A DNA stretch of 64,000 bases from a virus, in the IMG/VR virus record IMGVR_UViG_637000270_000013. One strand, written 5' to 3'. The notes beneath the pieces are model-generated. The model was not told the origin of the DNA, did no database searches, and was given only the letters and a program-made list of their open reading frames with translations. Made by a program: the position numbers and the translations under genes. The stretch's first letter is position 1. The number at the start of each line of letters is the position of its first letter. Positions 19,662 through 28,143 of the stretch are shown piece after piece.

Positions 19662-20402
19662 ATGCGAGGTATCAACGTGATTCATAATAATTTATCAGTT
19701 AATCATAGCATTGTCACTGATAGAAGCATCGATAGCCAATCATTGCTTGAGATGGTCAATTCGGCGCGCAAGGAGTATGGCGAGAAGCCTATTCGTAACA
19801 ACGACTTTATCAGTCGCGTCAAAGATGAACTTGAGGGCGAGACCTACGAAATTTTCGTAGGTCAAAAAAACGGCGCTGATATTGAAATTATCCATATGAC
19901 CCTCAAGCAAGCTCTACGCGTTGCAGCGCGTGAATCCAAAGCGGTTCGCCGCTCGCTGATTGATAAGCTGGAGCAACAGAGTTCGTCGCAAAGCCCCAAT
20001 GAAATCATTGCGGCTATGGCACTGGCTAACGTCGTCCAGGAGCGCCGCCTGAAATCGGTGGAAACGCAAGTCGAGCAGGTTGCCGAGGAAATCGACCATA
20101 TCAAGCAAGGCACTATCCCCGCCGGTTATCAGGGCTACAGCTATCTACAAGCCACTTACGGCCTCAGCAACGCCAAAAGCAAGCAGCTGGTCATGGCGTG
20201 GGGTGTCCCGCATAAAAAGGTTCCCCATGTTGCGCCGGGCGGTCAGGTTACACAAATGTCCGTTGTTCAGGAAGCTGTTTTCGTTTCCGCATTGAACCGT
20301 ATGATGTACGAGGCGGAGCAGCGTGGCACACAGCGGTATCACCCGAAAATGGGCCGCTTTTCTATTGCCGGATGGGACATCCCAAAAGGCGATAGTAAGT
20401 GA
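19662..20402 (+). CDS. Antirepressor-like DNA-binding protein
   Basis: IDSQSLLEMVN.ARK..GEKPIRNNDFISRVKDELEG...RESKAVRRSLIDKLE N-terminal domain typical of phage antirepressor-like proteins; the true start may be the GTG at 19677. Confidence 0.6.
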   Translation: MRGINVIHNNLSVNHSIVTDRSIDSQSLLEMVNSARKEYGEKPIRNNDFISRVKDELEGETYEIFVGQKNGADIEIIHMTLKQALRVAARESKAVRRSLIDKLEQQSSSQSPNEIIAAMALANVVQERRLKSVETQVEQVAEEIDHIKQGTIPAGYQGYSYLQATYGLSNAKSKQLVMAWGVPHKKVPHVAPGGQVTQMSVVQEAVFVSALNRMMYEAEQRGTQRYHPKMGRFSIAGWDIPKGDSK

Positions 20403-20767
20403 ATTTGACCCTTCCGTTTCCACCGAGCGTTAATGGCTACTGGCGAGCACCGAACCGGGGAAAACTTGCAGGTCGGCATCTTGTCAGTGAGCGGGGCAGA
20501 AAGTATCGGGCTGAGGCGGTTGCGGAAATTCTTGAGCAGCTTCGCGGTATGCCTCAGCCTGTAACGGGAGATTTAGCCGTATCGGTAACACTCTGCCCAC
20601 CGAGCAGAGCAAAGCGGGATCTTGATAATTATTTTAAGGCATTGTTTGATTCAGTGACCAATGCAGGGATCTGGATTGACGACAGTCAGATCAAAAAGCT
20701 TGAAGCCGAGTGGGGGCCAGTGACGAAGGGTGGTAGAGTGTACCTTTCTATTGTTGAAACGCCATGA
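20399..20767 (+). CDS. rusA: RusA Holliday junction resolvase
   Basis: LPFPPSVNGYWR...RDLDNYFKALFDSV...DDSQI motifs. Confidence 0.93.
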   Translation: MNLTLPFPPSVNGYWRAPNRGKLAGRHLVSERGRKYRAEAVAEILEQLRGMPQPVTGDLAVSVTLCPPSRAKRDLDNYFKALFDSVTNAGIWIDDSQIKKLEAEWGPVTKGGRVYLSIVETP

Positions 20768-20800
20768 AATTTAACAAATGTATGAGTAAGGTAATGATTT

Positions 20801-21004
20801 ATGGCCGATAGTATCGATATAGCCAGCCAGAACGAAGAAGCATTTCGTCAGCATGTGATAGCGAATCATCGTGGTGAGCCTTTGCCGCTTACCGGGCGGT
20901 GCTACAACTGCGGAGATCCGACAGAGGGTAATTTCTGCTGCAAAGAATGCGGGGAAGATTGGGAAAAGCGAAAATATTTTGAAAACCAGAAAATTAAAGA
21001 GTAA
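20801..21004 (+). CDS. Small C4 zinc-finger protein (TraR/DksA-like)
   Basis: MADSIDIA N-terminal helix and CYNC...FCCKEC. Confidence 0.65.
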   Translation: MADSIDIASQNEEAFRQHVIANHRGEPLPLTGRCYNCGDPTEGNFCCKECGEDWEKRKYFENQKIKE

Positions 21005-21097
21005 ATGTAAACTATTATCTCTGACGCTCAATCGCGGCACCGCAACTTGCAGCAACTATAAATTTACCAGCATTCGAAATCTCAAGGAAACTGTATC

Positions 21098-21694
21098 ATG
21101 AGCAAAACCTTGTTCACTTATGACGAATCAGCAGCCGTATCAGCCGGGCAGAGCAACTTTATCAAGGAGTCCGGCGCTTACGTTATCACCATCGAGGAAG
21201 CCAAAGTAGTGAAAAGTCAAAATGGTGCAACGTTCATTGAATTTTCAGGCGAATCAGCAGACGGCCACCTCATCCAATACCTTTCCGTTTGTATCAACAA
21301 GAAAGATGGCTCCGCCAATGCCTACGGCGTTAACATGATTCAAGCCATCATGGGCTGTACCGAAGTCAAAAGCATTAGCGAAAAGATGCTCAGTACCAGC
21401 CAAACTATCGTTCCTGAGTTCGCTGGAAAGCGTGTAGGGCTACTGTTGCAGAAGATTTTACGCACCAAGCAGGACGGCGGAGACACCTACAACTTTGAAA
21501 TTCGTATCCCGTTCTATCCTGATACGAAGCAGACTATCAAGGAACGTCTCGAAAGCCAGGATGCAAAGACTATCGATATGATGCTTTCCACGCTTAAGGA
21601 CAAGGATGAGCGCCGTCATAACCCGCAATACAGCGGTTATCCATCTCAAGGCATACCGCCCGTCGATGCGTACGAGGATTCAATCCCGTTCTGA
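21098..21694 (+). CDS. Probable phage single-stranded DNA-binding protein (DUF669-like)
   Basis: G.Y...IEEAK OB-fold-like start; acidic C-terminal tail YEDSIPF. Confidence 0.6.
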   Translation: MSKTLFTYDESAAVSAGQSNFIKESGAYVITIEEAKVVKSQNGATFIEFSGESADGHLIQYLSVCINKKDGSANAYGVNMIQAIMGCTEVKSISEKMLSTSQTIVPEFAGKRVGLLLQKILRTKQDGGDTYNFEIRIPFYPDTKQTIKERLESQDAKTIDMMLSTLKDKDERRHNPQYSGYPSQGIPPVDAYEDSIPF

Positions 21695-21730
21695 AGATAA
21701 TTTGGGGTTGGGCGTGGGTTGTTGAGAAGG

Positions 21731-22126
21731 TTAAATGAGAATTTTGACGAGTGTGACCGCAATTCCAAGAAGTGCCGTCATCATGGCAGCCATCTTAATG
21801 AGCAACCACGTTGATATGCTTTCAACGTCCTTACGCAAAAGGGCTATCTGTGTCGCCGTTTCTTTTCTGGCATCGGCGATTTGGGTGTCGGTCTTTTCAA
21901 AGCGAAACTCAATCTCTTTACGTACATCTTCAAGATCGCGCTTGACGGCTGTAACTTCGGATAAAACGTCTTTTTTAGCATCTTCAAGATCGCGCTTTGT
22001 AGCAACGTCGGCCGCTTCATGCGATTCGCGTACCGCAAGCGAAATTGCCTTAGCCTGATCTTTCGGTAAACCGGCTGTCTCAAGCGTTTCGACGAATTTC
22101 AATGTATCAAATGCGACTTGGCCCAT
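21731..22126 (-). CDS. DUF1640/CCDC90-family coiled-coil membrane protein (moron)
   Basis: FDTLKFVETLETAGLPKDQAKAI head, ATKRDL neck, C-terminal hydrophobic anchor; own promoter TTGCCT-18 nt-TATACT. Confidence 0.85.
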   Translation of the reverse strand: MGQVAFDTLKFVETLETAGLPKDQAKAISLAVRESHEAADVATKRDLEDAKKDVLSEVTAVKRDLEDVRKEIEFRFEKTDTQIADARKETATQIALLRKDVESISTWLLIKMAAMMTALLGIAVTLVKILI

Positions 22127-22210
22127 GTGCGTATCCTCTTGGTGATGCAGGCAGTATAGCTGTCAGGGGCGTGGCAAGGCAACTTTGCGCCAACGATGCC
22201 ACAGAGAATT

Positions 22211-22219
22211 TGCTATAAT
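22211..22219 (+). promoter_or_regulatory. Extended -10 promoter upstream of the structured leader and HTH gene
   Basis: TG-C-TATAAT, a perfect consensus. Confidence 0.6.
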
Positions 22220-22417
22220 CACCACGCCAGCCTGAACAACTGGCCTCCCTAATCCAACTGCTGTGCCGTCCAACCCAGGGGTTAAGATGGCGCAGACGGC
22301 ATATCAAAAAACGAGACCTACCACACTGACCACGGCGACAGCCGAGGCCGGCGGCTTGTTGCAATCGATAAAAACACGCTCTCAGGGTCGCGCGCACGCG
22401 CGTTTTGGGGGGACACC

Positions 22418-22684
22418 GTGCCGGTAGTTGCAACGGTCAAAACCGACTGGTTTCGGGTGATAAACGACATTACCCGCGCCGGCATTCCGTTACAGGAAAT
22501 CGCCAGAGAGCTGGACGTGTCCAAGTCTGCGATTATTGGCTGGAAGCAGGGCGCGGCACCTAATCATCACACCGGCGAGGCACTGATTGATTTCTGGTGT
22601 TATGTCACGCATCGCCAGCGCACAGAGCTGCCCGTGCAGGTATCATCGCGGCGCTTTGTGTACGCCTGGCGCAACAAACGCTAG
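22418..22684 (+). CDS. Small HTH protein, candidate late-gene activator
   Basis: GIPLQEIARELDVSKSAIIGWKQG HTH; last gene before the structural operon. Confidence 0.7.
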   Translation: MPVVATVKTDWFRVINDITRAGIPLQEIARELDVSKSAIIGWKQGAAPNHHTGEALIDFWCYVTHRQRTELPVQVSSRRFVYAWRNKR

Positions 22685-22710
22685 CCCCCCTCTTCCGCAA
22701 CAGCGCATTT

Positions 22711-22744
22711 GGTCGGGATCCTGACCGGGTATCCCTTTCACACT
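22711..22744 (+). promoter_or_regulatory. Late-promoter motif copy 1 (head module)
   Basis: GGTCGGGATCCTGACC-12 nt-CACACT. Confidence 0.75.
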
Positions 22745-22775
22745 GGTGGCTCTATTATCGACAGGAGCCACGACA

Positions 22776-23201
22776 ATGGCACGAAAAAGAAAAGCCGTCG
22801 AAATCCCGGGGCAGGAGTCCACAACCGCCGCAGAGGTTGCTACAGACGAACAGGCGGGCAATGAAGCATTGCCTGAGGGTGTCGGCACTGCCGATGAGCA
22901 GACCGTGCAGCAGAGGGGTTCTGCACTGCCAGACAGCACCGCACAGGCTGAGCGTAACGCTATCCTGTCCACGCTTGACGAGCCGGCCGCAGCCATCATC
23001 ACCCGCTTTGAAGCCCTGGGCTTTACCGATATGGTCGAGCAGAAGCTAACCGATAATCTCTCTTTCCTCGAACTCGTTAAAAAGGCCACCACGGCAGCCG
23101 CCGCCGCGCCGCTTGGGGTTGTGACGAATGAAGAGGGTAAACGTCAGCCCGTACTGGGTAAGCCGATTTTAACGGAACACGGCTGGCACGTGCCGGGCTA
23201 A
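22776..23201 (+). CDS. Phage hypothetical protein, first late gene
   Basis: AGGAG RBS; 141 aa. Confidence 0.7.
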   Translation: MARKRKAVEIPGQESTTAAEVATDEQAGNEALPEGVGTADEQTVQQRGSALPDSTAQAERNAILSTLDEPAAAIITRFEALGFTDMVEQKLTDNLSFLELVKKATTAAAAAPLGVVTNEEGKRQPVLGKPILTEHGWHVPG

Positions 23202-23211
23202 GGAGAGCGTG

Positions 23212-23460
23212 ATGTGTGGAGGGAGTGCACCCCAGGTCGTACGAACGGATCCGCAGGCTGAAGCCAATGCGGCGGCAGACGCAGCGGCAAAGGCGGCGAA
23301 CGCAGCGGCAAAGGCGGCGAACGCAGATACCGCCGCGCGCAAGAAACGCAAGAAAAGCTCGTCTTTGCTGGCCAGTGGTGCAGAAGGGGCCGCGGACTCA
23401 GGCAGCTCTTTGTTGTCTTCGGGCGCGCAGCCTGCGCAGAAAAAGGCATTAGGGGCGTAA
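23212..23460 (+). CDS. Small Ala-rich virion-associated protein preceding the portal
   Basis: AGGAG RBS; MCGGSAP start; position typical of T7 gp7.3-like genes; contains a 21-bp tandem repeat at 23281-23322. Confidence 0.65.
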   Translation: MCGGSAPQVVRTDPQAEANAAADAAAKAANAAAKAANADTAARKKRKKSSSLLASGAEGAADSGSSLLSSGAQPAQKKALGA

Positions 23461-23463
23461 CGA

Positions 23464-25089
23464 ATGGATGAACTTGCCGTCAAGCTGATTACGCGTGCTG
23501 ATACGCTAAAATCCCACCGCCAGCGGCATGAAAGCGTCTGGCGCGAGTGCTACGACTACACCTATCCGTTGCGTGGCGCCGGCTTTTCGGCTGACGTGCT
23601 GGACGCACAGAGCGCCAAGTCGAAGGTGGCGAAGCTGCTGGACGGCACCGCCACCGACAGCGCCCGCATGCTGGCCTCGGCGCTTATGTCTGGCATGACG
23701 CCGGCGAATGCGCAATGGCTAAACCTTGATAGCGAATCGTTGCCGGATGACGCTAAAGCGTGGCTATCAGGCTGCGCGACTCTGGTTTGGGAAAATATTC
23801 ACGCAGCCAATTTTGACGCGGAAGGCTATGAGGCGAATCTTGACGTCGTGTGCGCGGGCTGGTTCGTGCTGTACATCGACGAGAACCGGGAGGAGGGCGG
23901 CTATATGTTCCAGCAGTGGCCGCTATCGCAATGCTACGTTGCGTCAACCCGCAAAGACGGCATTGTCGATACGATTTATCGCTGCTATCAGATGACCGCC
24001 GAGCAGGCCATCGCTGAGTTCGGAGAGGCGGGCGTCAGCGAGAAAATACGCCGTGCTGCCAAGGATAAGCCGGATGACAAGTTTGATTTCCTGCACGCCA
24101 TTTTCCCGCGTAAGAATTATGTAGTAAACGCCCGTTTGGCTAAGCATTTGCGCTTTGCCTCTTTTCACGTGGAGAGGCAAGGAAAGCGCATAGTGCGAGA
24201 ATCGGGTTACCACGAATTCCCCGTTTGCGTACCGCGCTGGATGAAAATCTCTGGCGGCGCGTACGGCATTGGCCCGGTATATGACGCGTTGCCAGACTGC
24301 AAGGAGCTGAACGAAACCAAACGCATGGAGAAGGCCGCGCAGGATTTGGCCATTTCGGGCATGTGGATTGCCGAGGATGACGGTGTCATCAATCCGTACT
24401 CCGTCAAGGTCGGCCCGCGCCGCATCATTGTGGCGAGCAGCGTGAACAGTATGAAGCCCTTGCTCACGGGGGCTGATTTTCATGTCGCGTTTACCGCAGA
24501 AGACCGCCTGCAGGCCAGCATTCGCAAAATCATGATGGCCGACCAGTTGCAGCCACAGGATGGCCCGGCGATGACCGCGACCGAAGTCCATGTCCGCGTG
24601 GCCCTGATCCGCCAACTGCTGGGGCCGGTCTACGGACGGTTTCAGGCTGAATACCTGCAACCGCTGGTTGAGCGCTGTTTCGGTATTGCCTTCCGCGCTG
24701 GCGTCTTCCCTGCTCCCCCGGACAGCATGCAAACCGCGCATTTTAATGTGCGCTATATCTCGCCGCTGGCCCGCGCACAGAAGCTGGAGGACGTGACTGC
24801 GATTGAGCGTCTTGGCGCGAACGTGGCGCAGCTCTCCCAGGTTAGCCCGGAGGTCGTAGACTTGGTGGACACCGATGAGGCCATGCGCGTGGTGGCCGAT
24901 GCGCTGGGTGTACCGGCTAAGGTGATCCGCTCGGCGGCGGATGTCACCAGCCTACGCGACCAGCGCGCCAAGGCTCAGCAGCAGCAAGCGCAACAGCAGC
25001 TGATGATGCAGGCCGGGCAGGAGGCAGCCAGCGCCGCCGGTCAGGCCGCGGGGAGCGCAATGGGCCAAAGATTGGCGGGGGGACAATGA
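23464..25089 (+). CDS. Portal (head-to-tail connector), BPP-1/T7-like
   Basis: 541 aa; VPRW...YGIGP, MTATEV..R...LGPVYGR.Q.EYL.PL and YISPLARAQK motifs. Confidence 0.93.
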   Translation: MDELAVKLITRADTLKSHRQRHESVWRECYDYTYPLRGAGFSADVLDAQSAKSKVAKLLDGTATDSARMLASALMSGMTPANAQWLNLDSESLPDDAKAWLSGCATLVWENIHAANFDAEGYEANLDVVCAGWFVLYIDENREEGGYMFQQWPLSQCYVASTRKDGIVDTIYRCYQMTAEQAIAEFGEAGVSEKIRRAAKDKPDDKFDFLHAIFPRKNYVVNARLAKHLRFASFHVERQGKRIVRESGYHEFPVCVPRWMKISGGAYGIGPVYDALPDCKELNETKRMEKAAQDLAISGMWIAEDDGVINPYSVKVGPRRIIVASSVNSMKPLLTGADFHVAFTAEDRLQASIRKIMMADQLQPQDGPAMTATEVHVRVALIRQLLGPVYGRFQAEYLQPLVERCFGIAFRAGVFPAPPDSMQTAHFNVRYISPLARAQKLEDVTAIERLGANVAQLSQVSPEVVDLVDTDEAMRVVADALGVPAKVIRSAADVTSLRDQRAKAQQQQAQQQLMMQAGQEAASAAGQAAGSAMGQRLAGGQ

Positions 25090-25313
25090 GAAAACCCGTG
25101 CTACCGGGCGATTACAAACGCCTGTTTGAAGAGACGGCGGGCGGTCCTGAAGTGCTGGCGGAATTAGCCCGGCGATTCGGGCGCGCCGTCTACGTGGAGG
25201 GTGGCCCTGAGGGCGACCGCGCAACGTGCTACAGAGCCGGGCAGCGTGCCGTGCTCGATTTCATTCTCATGAGAATTAACCAGGCTGACGGAGTCTACGA
25301 CGATGGCGATTGA
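25086..25313 (+). CDS. Bbp19-like protein
   Basis: YKRLFE...GPEVLAEL...T.Y..GQRAVLDFI pattern downstream of the portal. Confidence 0.7.
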   Translation: MRKPVLPGDYKRLFEETAGGPEVLAELARRFGRAVYVEGGPEGDRATCYRAGQRAVLDFILMRINQADGVYDDGD

Positions 25314-25578
25314 CATTGAACATACCGACAAGGGCGATAAGGTTATCGAAAAACCTGTCACAGTAAAAACCAGCACAGACCAGATAACGGATGCGTCCAC
25401 GACAGGGAAAGCACTGCTGACCGCGGGCAGCGCTGCGAATGCCCGCACCACGCTGGAAATAGTCACCGGTGCAGCGATTGCTGATCTTGCTGCGGGTGCT
25501 GACGTTGCAAAAATCGTCACCACGGTTAACGCCATTCTGGCCAGTTTACGTACCGCAAAAATTATCGCTTCAAGCTGA
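25303..25578 (+). CDS. Probable head fibre/decoration protein
   Basis: ITDASTTGKALLTA and AAIADL...IVTTVNAILASLR helical motifs. Confidence 0.5.
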   Translation: MAIDIEHTDKGDKVIEKPVTVKTSTDQITDASTTGKALLTAGSAANARTTLEIVTGAAIADLAAGADVAKIVTTVNAILASLRTAKIIASS

Positions 25579-25590
25579 GGGTTTTAAACC

Positions 25591-26406
25591 ATGTGGAAAT
25601 CTAAACACTTATTCCTGCACGCCGATGCTGGCGAGGACGCGGGGGGCAACGGTGGCGACGGATCTGTTAATCCTGATGCGGGTCATTCTTTGCTTGGCAC
25701 CGGCGCACAGGCGCCAGCGGACGAGGTGGATTGGGTACCGGAAAAATTCCGCGTTATGGACGATGACGGCAAGCTTAACGTGGAAAGCTCTGCGCGCAAA
25801 CTGGCGGAGTCTTATACGCATCTTGAGAAGCGTTTAGGTCACGGTGATGCCCCGCCGAAGTCCGTTGATGACTACGCGCCGAAGGTAGACGCCGAGGGGT
25901 TTCAATGGGATGAATTCAAAGCCGATCCTGAAATGCAGGGCTTTCTCAAAGCCGCTCACGCCAGGGGCATCACGAATGACCAAATGGGCTTTATTCTAGG
26001 CGAGTACCTGCAACGTGCCCCGGCGTTAGTGAACGGTGCGGCCGAGCTGGATGCGGACGCCGCGGGGACACAGTTACGCGCGGTGTGGCAATCTGACGCT
26101 GAATTTAACAAAAACATCGGGCTGGCCTACCGTGCGTTTCATGCGCTGGCCGATGAAGGCGACAAAGATCGCCTGGATGATATCGGCAATAATCCGCTGG
26201 TTATCCGCCTGCTGGCGAAAGTGGGGGCGGAGATGCAGGAGGATACGCCGGCGGGGGCGGACGCTAACCCGACGGCGCAGCAAGTCATCCGTGACCTGAT
26301 GAAGTCGGAAGCCTATGCCGACCCGAAACATGCTGATCATGATCGTGTCGCCGCCCAGATACGAGCATTCTACCAGAAGACGTACGGCACACATTCTGTC
26401 GCCTGA
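25591..26406 (+). CDS. Capsid scaffolding/assembly protein
   Basis: VPEKF...KLAESYTHLEKRLG...Y.DPKH.DH motifs; lies between portal and capsid genes. Confidence 0.8.
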   Translation: MWKSKHLFLHADAGEDAGGNGGDGSVNPDAGHSLLGTGAQAPADEVDWVPEKFRVMDDDGKLNVESSARKLAESYTHLEKRLGHGDAPPKSVDDYAPKVDAEGFQWDEFKADPEMQGFLKAAHARGITNDQMGFILGEYLQRAPALVNGAAELDADAAGTQLRAVWQSDAEFNKNIGLAYRAFHALADEGDKDRLDDIGNNPLVIRLLAKVGAEMQEDTPAGADANPTAQQVIRDLMKSEAYADPKHADHDRVAAQIRAFYQKTYGTHSVA

Positions 26407-26446
26407 CCGTCAACAGGCCGGCCGCGTGGCTGGCCTCGTTTCATTT

Positions 26447-26480
26447 GGTCGGGATCCTGACCGCACATCACACTCACAAT
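26447..26480 (+). promoter_or_regulatory. Late-promoter motif copy 2 (capsid)
   Basis: GGTCGGGATCCTGACC-12 nt-CACAAT. Confidence 0.75.
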
Positions 26481-26612
26481 CCTCACAAAGCAGCCCGGCT
26501 GGGTAGCCGGATACCTGATCCCCTCTGTCCGTCAGCGCCAACCGGGCAGCGTTGAAACGAGCCGGGAGACCGACACCTCGCAGGCGATTAATCACTATTC
26601 GGAGTGTGCATT

Positions 26613-27524
26613 ATGGCTTTTGATGCCAACAAGAACATGATCACCGCTGCGTTTGTGCAGCAGTTCCATGATTCGTTTGAAATTGCCTCGCAGCAAAAAG
26701 ACTCTCGCCTGCAGGCCGCCGTCACCGACCGAGGCCATATTACCGGGGCATCGTTCACCATCAACGATATGGGGACTATCGAGATGACCCAAATCACCAC
26801 GCGGTTCGGTGATACGGTCTGGGATGTCCCTGAAGCGGGAACGCGTAACGCCTTGATGGCGGACTACGGGGTCTTCGTGCCGGTGGAGAAGCGTGACCTG
26901 CGCAAACTGATTGCTGATCCGCAGGGGCCCTATTTACAGCTGACCCTGGCTGCCGCTAACCGCAAAAAGGACGACATTATTTATCGGGCGTTGCTCGATA
27001 CCGTTTTGCGCAAAACATCGGATACCGGTGCTTATGCGCCCGTCGCCCTGCCGACAACGCAAAAGATTGTCGCAGGCAAAACCGGCATGACCAAGGCCAA
27101 GCTGATTGCCGCCAAGGCGATGTTTCGCCGTAACGAGTGCGATGAACAGAACGGTGAGGAGTTGTATATCACTTACAACGCCGACATGTTGACGCAGATC
27201 CTCAGCGATACCACGTTGACCAGCGCCGACTTTATGGCGGTGAAGATGCTCCAGGAGGGCGCGGTGTCCGGTAACTGGCTGGGCTTTAAGTGGCTGGCGT
27301 ACGAAAAGTTGGATGAAGCGAAAGCAGGCGAGCCTACCGTCACCACCAAAACCGCCGCCGCCTGGTGTAAATCCGCGGTGCATTTGGGGACGGGCGCACA
27401 GTACAACGTTGATATCGGCCCGCGTCGCGATAAAAATAATACCATTCAGATTTCTGTCGATGCGTCTTATGGTGCCGGTCGGGCGAACGAAAAAAAAGTC
27501 GTCGCCATCGAGTTTGTCGCGTAA
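26613..27524 (+). CDS. Major capsid protein
   Basis: ITAAFVQQF...QQKDSRL start, FMAVKMLQEG...WLGFKW motif; follows the scaffold gene. Confidence 0.9.
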   Translation: MAFDANKNMITAAFVQQFHDSFEIASQQKDSRLQAAVTDRGHITGASFTINDMGTIEMTQITTRFGDTVWDVPEAGTRNALMADYGVFVPVEKRDLRKLIADPQGPYLQLTLAAANRKKDDIIYRALLDTVLRKTSDTGAYAPVALPTTQKIVAGKTGMTKAKLIAAKAMFRRNECDEQNGEELYITYNADMLTQILSDTTLTSADFMAVKMLQEGAVSGNWLGFKWLAYEKLDEAKAGEPTVTTKTAAAWCKSAVHLGTGAQYNVDIGPRRDKNNTIQISVDASYGAGRANEKKVVAIEFVA

Positions 27525-27539
27525 GCCGCCGGGATCTTT

Positions 27540-27560
27540 GCCGGGGGCTCCCCGGCCTTT
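27540..27560 (+). terminator. Hairpin terminator after the capsid gene
   Basis: GCCGGGG-GCT-CCCCGGC followed by CTTT. Confidence 0.65.
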
Positions 27561-27578
27561 CTCATTTGAGGTGTCGCC

Positions 27579-28142
27579 ATGAGTTCGAGTGTATCTATCT
27601 GCTCTAACGCGTTGCTGGCGCTGGGGGCGCATCCGATCAACAGTTTCGATGAGGCGACCCCGCACGCCAGACTCTGCGCCAATATTTACCCTTCTGTACG
27701 CAATAACCTGCTGCGCGCCCATCCGTGGCACTGCGCCATTAAACGCGTCGTGCTCTCTCCCGTCAGTACCGCCCCCGCTTTCGGTTTTGGCTACCAGTTT
27801 CCCCTTCCGGCGGATCTTATCCGGGTGTTGTCGGTGGGTGAACGGTATGACGATATCCCGTATCGCATTGAGGGAAAACGCCTGTTGGCGAACGTACAGG
27901 AGGCCCGTCTGCGCTATATCTTTCGCAGTGAGGATGAATCAACCTGGGACGTGGCATTGGTCAACGTCGCCGAAGTGACGATGCAGGCAAAACTGGCCTA
28001 TGCCGTCACGGGATCTGCCAGCTTGCGCGACAGTCTGACACAGGAAGCCGCTTTTCTGCTCCAGCAGGCGAAATCCATCAATGGACAGGAAGATCCGCCG
28101 GAGAGGCTGGACGGTTTCCCCACCTTGGCGTCGAGGTTTTAA
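27579..28142 (+). CDS. Tail tubular protein A (gatekeeper)
   Basis: VSICSNALLALGA..I.SFDE...LLRAHPWHCAIKR motif. Confidence 0.88.
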   Translation: MSSSVSICSNALLALGAHPINSFDEATPHARLCANIYPSVRNNLLRAHPWHCAIKRVVLSPVSTAPAFGFGYQFPLPADLIRVLSVGERYDDIPYRIEGKRLLANVQEARLRYIFRSEDESTWDVALVNVAEVTMQAKLAYAVTGSASLRDSLTQEAAFLLQQAKSINGQEDPPERLDGFPTLASRF

Positions 28143-28143
28143 G

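Noticed and set aside
27489-27500. A8 run near the capsid 3' end as a T7 10A/10B-type frameshift
   Set aside because: The in-frame heptamer is A-AAA-AAA rather than A-AAA-AAG, and the -1 extension is short, crosses the terminator and has no recognisable domain
27527-27542. Sixth late-motif copy (CGCCGGGATCTTTGCC) after the capsid gene
   Set aside because: Only the GGGATC core matches; the palindromic arms are lost
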